A DNA stretch of 64,000 bases from an uncultured Bacteroides sp. (GTDB taxonomy: Bacteria > Bacteroidota > Bacteroidia > Bacteroidales > Muribaculaceae): NCBI GenBank assembly GCA_964546885.1, contig CAZJKZ010000004.1, positions 25,938-89,937 of the forward strand. Reading direction: 5' to 3'. The translations under genes were made by a program, and so were the position numbers. How positions within the stretch are numbered: position 1 is the stretch's first letter; each line of letters starts with the position of its first letter. Shown here piece after piece: positions 57,576 to 64,000 of the stretch. The notes beneath the pieces were generated by a model. That model saw nothing but the letters and a program-made list of their open reading frames with translations. It was not told the origin of the DNA and searched no databases.

Positions 57576-58058
57576 ATGACAGAGTATTATATTCGATACA
57601 ATGGGCAATCGGTAGGACCGATGCCCAAGCACGAGTTGAAAAACTATGGCCTCCGTCCGGATTCTATGGTATGGTGCCAGAATTTGCCTTCATGGGTACC
57701 GGCCTACACCATTCCGGATCTAAGAGACGTTCTTGCCGAAGCGGCCACTACTCCCCCACCCTTCAACCAATCGCAGAGAGGATTTTCCTCTGGTATAGAC
57801 GGTTTGGAATATACAGGCACCTCAGGCAAGAGTCGCCTTGTATTCGGATTGTTTGCTATATTGTTAGGTTGGTTAGGTCTTCAATACTTCTATGTTGGAA
57901 AAACCACAGCAGGCATTATCAGCATCATCCTATCGTTATGCTCTTGCGGACTTTGGGAAATTGTAACTCTAATACAGGGTATACTCGTATTGGTAATGGA
58001 TCAGCAGACATTCGAAAACAGATATGTCTATTCACGTTCCACATTTCCAATATTTTGA
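57576..58058 (+). CDS. GYF_2 (DUF4339) + TM2 domain protein
   Basis: YYIRYNGQSVGP...VWCQNLPSWVPA, PPPF linker, KSR...LLGWLGLQYFYVGK; -7 box at 57507-57514. Confidence 0.82.
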   Translation: MTEYYIRYNGQSVGPMPKHELKNYGLRPDSMVWCQNLPSWVPAYTIPDLRDVLAEAATTPPPFNQSQRGFSSGIDGLEYTGTSGKSRLVFGLFAILLGWLGLQYFYVGKTTAGIISIILSLCSCGLWEIVTLIQGILVLVMDQQTFENRYVYSRSTFPIF

Positions 58059-58244
58059 AGATTAACCCTATATTATGAAGAAAAACCATGTACGGCTTTT
58101 CTCCTCGTATTGTAAATCAAAAGGCCACACTTACAAATTGTCACAAAAAGCACCGTGGAACTATCATTTTTCAAGTCAAAAACCTAATTAATTATCACTT
58201 ATTTCATAATTAATGTTAATTAGCTGACATTTTATATCGCTAAA

Positions 58245-58276
58245 ATTGCATATTCCAGCATTTTGATATAATTTTG
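58245..58276 (+). promoter_or_regulatory. sigmaA promoter ATTG-N20-TAATTTTG for the sRNA
   Basis: Consensus match immediately 5' of the sRNA. Confidence 0.7.
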
Positions 58277-58278
58277 CA

Positions 58279-58346
58279 ATGTGTTTTTCATGGTATTAGA
58301 TTTAAGGTTAACTAAGATTGGTTGTCGCGAGGCAATCAATTTTTTT
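58279..58346 (+). ncRNA. Stand-alone small RNA (~68 nt), resembling the conserved Bacteroidales sRNA MasB/BTnc201
   Basis: Promoter, then GTGTTTTTCATGGTATTAGATTTAAGGTTA, then terminator ATTGGTTGTC-GCGA-GGCAATCAAT-T run. Family name is from memory. Confidence 0.7.
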
Positions 58347-58373
58347 ATTCTGAAATGTAGACCTATATGCAAT

Positions 58374-58403
58374 AAAAAGGCTGCCTCATAATAAGAGACA
58401 GCC
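58374..58403 (-). terminator. Intrinsic terminator of the PNGase-recR-GNAT operon
   Basis: Minus strand GGCTGTCTC-TTATTAT-GAGGCAGCC-TTTTT. Confidence 0.75.
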
Positions 58404-58427
58404 AAGAATTGAAATCGAAAAGAAGAA

Positions 58428-58928
58428 TTATTGAAGCATAAGCTGCATCACCACCACATCGACAAAACCACGACCGCGACGCTGCCAAGAGCGCAAACAT
58501 CCCGAAGTTTTGAAACCGAGTTTGGTGAAAAGTGCCATCGAAGCAGCACTATCTTTCGGCACCATAACAGCCAACTGATGCAATGCGAATGTGTTGCGGC
58601 ATCGGTCAATGATTTGTTTAAGAGCTTCGGTAGCTATTCCTTTGCCTTGACAGGCCTCATCAATTGCCACTCCGAGCATAGCACGGGAGTTGCGAGGATC
58701 AAAATCTGAAACGTCTACTGTGCCTACAGCCTCACCGTCTGCTATCACAATAAGACGCAATTGACGATCAGTGTATATATCAGCTGAATAGGAATTAATA
58801 TACTCCCAAAGCAGCTGACGCGACACAGGCGCATCACCCCAGCTTATACTCCACACTTGTGGAGTGTTTTCTATGCGATACAGAAAATCTATATCGCCCG
58901 GCTCTATGGCCCTTAATGTTATATCCAT
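58428..58928 (-). CDS. GNAT N-acetyltransferase (RimJ/SpeG-like)
   Basis: ITLRAIEP.D, QGKGIA, LF.KLGF..SG.LR.W. Confidence 0.88.
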   Translation of the reverse strand: MDITLRAIEPGDIDFLYRIENTPQVWSISWGDAPVSRQLLWEYINSYSADIYTDRQLRLIVIADGEAVGTVDVSDFDPRNSRAMLGVAIDEACQGKGIATEALKQIIDRCRNTFALHQLAVMVPKDSAASMALFTKLGFKTSGCLRSWQRRGRGFVDVVVMQLMLQ

Positions 58929-58943
58929 TGTTTCTATATTTTT

Positions 58944-59570
58944 CTAATTTCTAAATGAATCGGCAAAAGGAGTGCGATAAAGTAGCGAACGACCAAGAGT
59001 CACCTCGTCAGTATACTCTATTTCGTTGCCCACTGCCACACCACGCGCAAGTTGAGTAATTTTCACGCCGGTATCCTGAAGGCGACGGAAGATATAAAAA
59101 TTGGTGGTATCTCCCTCCATTGTTGCGCTCAAGGCTAATATCACTTCGCGAATACCTCCTGCTCGCACCCTTTCCACAAGCGATGCGATTTCGAGCTGAT
59201 CCGGGCCAATACCGTCGATAGGTGATATAAGTCCGCCCAACACATGATACACACCACTATACTGACCTGTGCTTTCAAAAATCATCACATCTTTTACATT
59301 CTCCACCACGCACACCGTTGCGGAGTCGCGAGTCGGAGAGCCGCATATAGGACAGACATCAGTTTCGCTTATATTATGACATACAGAGCAATAGCGTATA
59401 CCCTTGCGAAGATTGATTATAGCATCACCCAATGCCTGAGCCGAAGATTCGTCGCGCCGCAGGATATGCAGAGCAAGTCGGAGTGCAGTCTTACGTCCGA
59501 TACCCGGAAGGCGCGACAATTCAGTCACAGCCGATTCAAGCAATTGCGATGAAAATTCCTGTTCGATCAC
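58944..59570 (-). CDS. recR: Recombination mediator RecR
   Basis: [13 protein letters not shown]4 zinc finger, YHVLGG, Toprim domain. Confidence 0.97.
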   Translation of the reverse strand: MIEQEFSSQLLESAVTELSRLPGIGRKTALRLALHILRRDESSAQALGDAIINLRKGIRYCSVCHNISETDVCPICGSPTRDSATVCVVENVKDVMIFESTGQYSGVYHVLGGLISPIDGIGPDQLEIASLVERVRAGGIREVILALSATMEGDTTNFYIFRRLQDTGVKITQLARGVAVGNEIEYTDEVTLGRSLLYRTPFADSFRN

Positions 59571-59604
59571 TTATAATAATTTACCAGATAGTAATTTGAT
59601 AATA

Positions 59605-61299
59605 TTAATACAGCAGTGTGCCTGATATACACCAGTAACTGTTGCTTCCTCCCTCGGGCGCGCCTTGCGGGATTTTTACAGAAATCTTATGCTTGCCGGC
59701 TTTCAAATTGCCGAGGTATACGTATTCGGGATTTGTCACTGTGCCCGGACACCAATTTGATCGGCTAAGATCCGATGAACTAAGTCCGTTTGAGAAGTTA
59801 CCCGAACATGGATTCCAATTTCTGTACGTACCGCAGTCTTCTCTCCAGGGAATGAATGTGAATATCTGCTTACCATCAAGGTATATCGTATTAGGCTTTT
59901 TGTTGAACTCATCACCGTTGCCCCAGCCTCCGTGGCCCGTAGTGGTATAGTTGAGATAAGCATTCTCAACATCCTCGTCAAGAGTAAACTCTACGGTCAG
60001 CGAATCATTGAGCATGAAAATCGGATAAGGCTGTCCGGCTTGTTCAAGATAATTCACAGTGTTGAATAGTGGAATACTCTTGTAAGATTTCTGCAAAGAG
60101 TTGGGATAATACTTAAGATTAAGCGACAGCTTATGGCCGTTACCATCCCAGTTGCCGATATAAGCGCCGATCCATTGGTCACCACTGAGATGCTCGGCCA
60201 AATCTGATATCTCTGTTTTATAAAGCACTGAGTCTACCCAATCCTGTCCTTTTACCTTATTCTTATTATAGGCTCTTACTCCGAAACCGGTAAAGAATCG
60301 CATGAGCTCGAGAGGTACATCGTAATCAGCAGTCGATACTAATCCATGATAATTAGTGCTATCAGATTCAAAAGCAGGGACAGATTTCAAATCTTTAATC
60401 GCATCTAAGAATGATTGCTTTTTCCCTGTAGGAATAACGAATATTGAGCCTGTACGGTCATATGCGTCCCCATCGGAATATTGAACAACCTCAGCAAAAA
60501 TACCTCGGTTAGCAATCTCGGCAGAATCAGGGAGTGATACTTTCTTAAGAATTATCGTGCCTCCACCTACATTGTAAACTTCCCCGTCTTTCAGTTCTTC
60601 CGGCATCTTGGCGCCAGAGAAATTGATTCGCTGCTGATCGAAAACCGGCACGGTTATCACGCCGCTATGGTTTAGCGTATATTGAAAATCCCAGGAATCC
60701 ATATCCTCCCCCCAGTTGTCAGGGAAAAGAGCCATAACAGTTTTCAACGGCATTATTTCAGTAGCCTGCTGCACGGTGTCGCCATTTCTAACTACTTTGA
60801 GCACCAATCCGTCGGGCACGCCAACAGCCGGCTGGGGAGTGCCTTTGAAGGGAAGAGCCGTTGTGTACCATATTTCAATGGTATTCGAATTGATAATTGT
60901 TCTTACCACTTTGCACGGAAGTCCGAGAAATTCATCATCTCTTACAAAACTCAATTCCTTGCTTGTGTCAAATGGGGTTTTGGTTGATACTATCTTACTG
61001 TTAGGCAGAGTAGCCAATCTGTAAGAAGTATGGGTTGAATAGTCCTCGTACGTTTTAATTTCCGGGAAATGCTGTTTTCTTTCAGCAGTTTCAGACATAA
61101 GAGATTTCACCTCTACCTCATTTCCGCATATTGTCATGAGGGTTTTCTCGGGAGAGACGCGTCCTTTGAAGGAGCTCTCATACACCACTTCTATTCCTTT
61201 GGCGTTCTTGAGCTTTTTCGCATAGTTCTGAGAAAAAGCACTTAACGCGCAAAATGACAGGAGCAGCATAGTCACAAAAATGTTAACAGTTCTTGTCAT
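59605..61299 (-). CDS. Peptide-N-glycosidase F-related protein with a GLPGLI-like N-terminal domain
   Basis: Signal peptide, GVPDGLVL, YDRTG, ELMRFFT, TTGHG...DEF, RSNWCPG; -7 box at 61328-61335. Confidence 0.88.
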   Translation of the reverse strand: MTRTVNIFVTMLLLSFCALSAFSQNYAKKLKNAKGIEVVYESSFKGRVSPEKTLMTICGNEVEVKSLMSETAERKQHFPEIKTYEDYSTHTSYRLATLPNSKIVSTKTPFDTSKELSFVRDDEFLGLPCKVVRTIINSNTIEIWYTTALPFKGTPQPAVGVPDGLVLKVVRNGDTVQQATEIMPLKTVMALFPDNWGEDMDSWDFQYTLNHSGVITVPVFDQQRINFSGAKMPEELKDGEVYNVGGGTIILKKVSLPDSAEIANRGIFAEVVQYSDGDAYDRTGSIFVIPTGKKQSFLDAIKDLKSVPAFESDSTNYHGLVSTADYDVPLELMRFFTGFGVRAYNKNKVKGQDWVDSVLYKTEISDLAEHLSGDQWIGAYIGNWDGNGHKLSLNLKYYPNSLQKSYKSIPLFNTVNYLEQAGQPYPIFMLNDSLTVEFTLDEDVENAYLNYTTTGHGGWGNGDEFNKKPNTIYLDGKQIFTFIPWREDCGTYRNWNPCSGNFSNGLSSSDLSRSNWCPGTVTNPEYVYLGNLKAGKHKISVKIPQGAPEGGSNSYWCISGTLLY

Positions 61300-61459
61300 G
61301 ATATTTTGTTTTATAGATTTGTTGCTACAAAGTTATAAAAAATTTACAATTTTTCATCCATTCATCAATAAATAAATGTGATATAAAAAAATTTGATTTG
61401 AATATTTATCCCTTGATAGCGACATCCAATTGACTAAGAACTTTGGAAGAGTTAAGAGA

Positions 61460-61960
61460 TCATAGATATTTGCTGCGACGGGTGGCCTGAAAAGAGATAT
61501 TTTCGAAAATAAAGACCGGGAATGTCGCTCCAATCGCCATGCACATCAGAATGCACAAGCAAGTGAAACCGTTGAACATGAACTGATAGAAATAAAAGTA
61601 AAAATCGGCTTGTACTTTTGTCATAAGGCACATTGCCAGCCCTCCGAATGCCTTGTAAGCATAAATGCCGGGCACCATGGGCAAGAGAGCCGGAAAGAGA
61701 CATGTTTCAGCAGGGATCTTCACTACGGGAGACATAAAGACCGCAATGAGACCTATTATGAAAGATGCTATGAGTGTCGCGGGGATTATGTGCATTGATA
61801 TTCCGAATTCAGGATTCATAAGAAAGAAGCGAGACACATGACCTACCGCAGCTGTGACACAACAAAGCCACAACGCACGCAGCGGTGGACGGCTTATTGA
61901 GGCGAAGCCCATGGCAGCCAGCGCTGCAAAAATAATATCCTGTAAAATATCACCTATCAT
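61460..61960 (-). CDS. Threonine/serine exporter ThrE_2 family subunit
   Basis: GFA..S.PP, PALLPMVPG; multi-TM. Confidence 0.88.
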   Translation of the reverse strand: MIGDILQDIIFAALAAMGFASISRPPLRALWLCCVTAAVGHVSRFFLMNPEFGISMHIIPATLIASFIIGLIAVFMSPVVKIPAETCLFPALLPMVPGIYAYKAFGGLAMCLMTKVQADFYFYFYQFMFNGFTCLCILMCMAIGATFPVFIFENISFQATRRSKYL

Positions 61961-61964
61961 AATC

Positions 61965-62759
61965 TCAATGTAAGAACATACCTGTATCCATTAATTTCAT
62001 ACCTAAACAAAGCCCTGCCGAAAGACAGCATGTAAGCACAATGGCATCAATAAAACGCCCGAAAGCGCAGATGTAATGGCGGTAAATCAGGTCACTGAAA
62101 GAGTTAAGGAACGGAATACCAGGTACAAGATATAGCACACTTGTGCCAATCGCTATTGCAGGAGTATTCCCCAACGAGAAGAGCATATCAGTAGCGCCCA
62201 GAATAGTAGAGGCGAGAGCACAAACGAACACAATGATTCGTATATCAACTTTTTTTCTTAATAGAATACATTTTAGACCGAAACCGGCGAAGGTGGCCAC
62301 AGCCACAACTGCCATAGCCACGAAATCACCACCGAAAAGACGGCAGAAAGACGCATTTGCCAGACTTACAAGGCACATAAGCCCTAACTCTGAACTATGT
62401 CGGGGTGCAATAGCTTTTTCAAATTCAGCCTCCATACTGCTTTCATCAATAGCACCGTCGGCAATGCGCCAGCTGAGTTCGCTAAGCCGTGTATTAATAC
62501 TGAAATTAACCGGAATCTTTGCAGGAGCAATAAGCGATGTAGCGCTTTTGCCGTCACTAAGATCGATAATAGTTAAATGAATATGCCGCGGCATAATGGT
62601 CATTTCGACACGTGTGCCAAGGGCTGCGGCTATACGATCCACATTTTTCTGAAGACGTATGCACGTAGCCCCACACCCCAGCATCCAGGCGGCATATTGG
62701 GTCAGGAAACCGGTAATTTTCTTTAACCGATGTGTTTCAGAAATCTGACATATCATCAT
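61965..62759 (-). CDS. Threonine/serine exporter ThrE family subunit
   Basis: CGATCIR, NASFCRLFGGD, LYLVPG. Start at 62759 preferred. Confidence 0.88.
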   Translation of the reverse strand: MMICQISETHRLKKITGFLTQYAAWMLGCGATCIRLQKNVDRIAAALGTRVEMTIMPRHIHLTIIDLSDGKSATSLIAPAKIPVNFSINTRLSELSWRIADGAIDESSMEAEFEKAIAPRHSSELGLMCLVSLANASFCRLFGGDFVAMAVVAVATFAGFGLKCILLRKKVDIRIIVFVCALASTILGATDMLFSLGNTPAIAIGTSVLYLVPGIPFLNSFSDLIYRHYICAFGRFIDAIVLTCCLSAGLCLGMKLMDTGMFLH

Positions 62760-62952
62760 AGTAATTTTCCGTGCCAGGTTTAATATCACCGGGTACATAA
62801 ATCTCTTCGCTTTCAGTTCCTATTCCGAACAAAGGGACATGGCGACATGAAGTATGCACATTGTGCGACGACGAATGTTTCACAAGCTCGATTACAAGAA
62901 TCAGGGCGAAAATGAGTGCAGTGATGCACCAAATGATAATTGAAGTGTTCAT
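62737..62952 (-). CDS. Small protein with N-terminal TM segment, overlapping the thrE start
   Basis: 71 aa; hydrophobic N-terminus, acidic tail, A-rich start context. Confidence 0.5.
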   Translation of the reverse strand: MNTSIIIWCITALIFALILVIELVKHSSSHNVHTSCRHVPLFGIGTESEEIYVPGDIKPGTENYYDDMSDF

Positions 62953-63099
62953 AACTGTTAGTTTTTAACGGAGTCACAACACCATGTTGTAGCCCTTCTG
63001 TTTAATAAACAAAACCCAAAGCTTACTTGTTGTGGGACTGACTACAAAAATTTGAATAAATTTCGATAATAAGGCAAAACAGCTAATGCTATCTTGATT

Positions 63100-63177
63100 C
63101 CCTCGTTCTTTTGCTACAACGAGGGGGTAGCCATCCGGGTGTCGGTGGGCCGAGGGCGACCCACCTCCCAGTCAGCC
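63100..63177 (-). ncRNA. Candidate structured RNA element (long hairpin + H-type pseudoknot)
   Basis: GC-rich island in an AT-rich intergenic region; pairings read directly (see findings). Confidence 0.45.
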
Positions 63178-63244
63178 AGTCCATTTATTCTTTTGGTAAT
63201 GTCGGGAATAATTGTTATATTTGCATCATTATATTAGCAGTATT

Positions 63245-63604
63245 ATGAATATAATTAGCAATAGTAATAATATATTATCCGTATTAGACAACTTTACCCT
63301 TGACAATGCAGATGACATTATGATGCAGGTAGCCGAGAATTTTCGCAAGCGTAGAGTTGAGAAGAATATCACCAGACAGCGCATGGCAGAACTGTCGGGA
63401 GTACCGTTATCTACGTTGGCACGTTTTGAACAGAAAGGGCTCATTGCATTTGAGTCGCTGATAAAACTTGCAATGGCACTTGGTTATACTTCTGAAATAA
63501 AGGCCCTGTTTGGCACTCCTAAGTTTAATACGATGAAAGAGCTTGACCTAATACGTCAAAAAAGTAAGGACAAAAGGGCGTATGCCAAAAATAAGAGGAA
63601 ATGA
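63245..63604 (+). CDS. XRE/HipB-like HTH antitoxin
   Basis: RKRRVEKNITRQRMAELSGVPLSTLARFEQKG; -7 box TATATTTG at 63216-63223; ATG at 63245 preferred. Confidence 0.85.
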   Translation: MNIISNSNNILSVLDNFTLDNADDIMMQVAENFRKRRVEKNITRQRMAELSGVPLSTLARFEQKGLIAFESLIKLAMALGYTSEIKALFGTPKFNTMKELDLIRQKSKDKRAYAKNKRK

Positions 63605-64000
63605 AAAAGACCGAAAAGCTTAAAGTTATGTTTCATGGGCGACCTGTTGGCTTGCTGTCTCTCACGCCTGATAATCGTCTCTGCGTCTTTGAGTATGATA
63701 AGTCTTGGCTTGTAGACGGATTCAGCATTTCACCGCTTGAACTGCCGTTGAAACCCGAAGTATTCATTGCCAAACCACACCCGTTTTACGGTAATTTTGG
63801 CATCTTTGAAGACAGCCTACCCGATGGATACGGGCGTTATCTTCTCCATAAAGCATTGCTTCGTAACGGGATAAACGATTCCGACCTGTCATCTCTGGAC
63901 AGACTTGCATTAGTTGGCGACAATGGCATGGGAGCCTTAACCTATTCTCCGTCTGTAAAAATTGAAAAAGAGGAAACAGTAACAGATTTTGACCGGCTTC
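63601..64000 (+). CDS. HipA family toxin kinase, N-terminal part; runs off the window
   Basis: Not in the track. MKKTEKLKVMFHGRPVG...FEYDKSWL..GFSISP.ELPL...FEDSLPDGYGR...GMGAL; ATGA overlap with the XRE stop. Confidence 0.9.
   Translation, partial: MKKTEKLKVMFHGRPVGLLSLTPDNRLCVFEYDKSWLVDGFSISPLELPLKPEVFIAKPHPFYGNFGIFEDSLPDGYGRYLLHKALLRNGINDSDLSSLDRLALVGDNGMGALTYSPSVKIEKEETVTDFDRL

Noticed and set aside
58075-58191. 38-aa ORF after the TM2 gene
   Set aside because: No recognisable composition or motif; likely chance
63100-63185. ZTP, cobalamin or fluoride riboswitch, HDV ribozyme, or a 31-aa minus-strand ORF
   Set aside because: Key consensus elements are missing and the ORF has no supporting features; kept only as an unnamed structure
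1-64000. tRNA, rRNA, integrase or prophage genes
   Set aside because: None recognised in the intergenic regions or ORFs by inspection

Overview
A 64-kb chromosomal segment of a Bacteroidales bacterium. The many TAnnTTTG promoters, A-rich start contexts without Shine-Dalgarno sites and the gene content fit Muribaculaceae or a relative, but that assignment is inference. Most of it is housekeeping: fadD-like ligase, tamB, uvrB, ygiQ, ftsX-DUF3098-uppP-truB-queA-ilvE, dxs-trkA-trkH, nadC, rlmH, an RND efflux operon plus an lpxA paralogue, bamD-rpoZ, recR and a ThrE pair. Accessory modules are interspersed: an AlbA/Schlafen-RecG-C protein and an unknown HTH protein at the left edge, an Rpn nuclease, a 7-alpha-HSDH-like SDR, a sigma54-controlled ABC exporter with its two-component system, a PNGase F-like gene and a HipBA-like module at the right edge. 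The best leads are: (i) an overlapping pair of DUF262 (GmrSD/TgvAB-like) genes directly behind a TonB-dependent receptor in a core-gene context; (ii) a GC-rich hairpin plus H-type pseudoknot element at 63.1 kb; (iii) a stand-alone ~68-nt sRNA with its own promoter and terminator; (iv) an orphan promoter followed by four 26-bp palindromic boxes; (v) several atypical proteins, including a Cys-less thioredoxin fold, an RND pump with two extra TM segments and a divergent LpxA. No rRNA, tRNA, CRISPR array or intact IS/integrase was seen. All family assignments are by motif recognition; no database searches were run.
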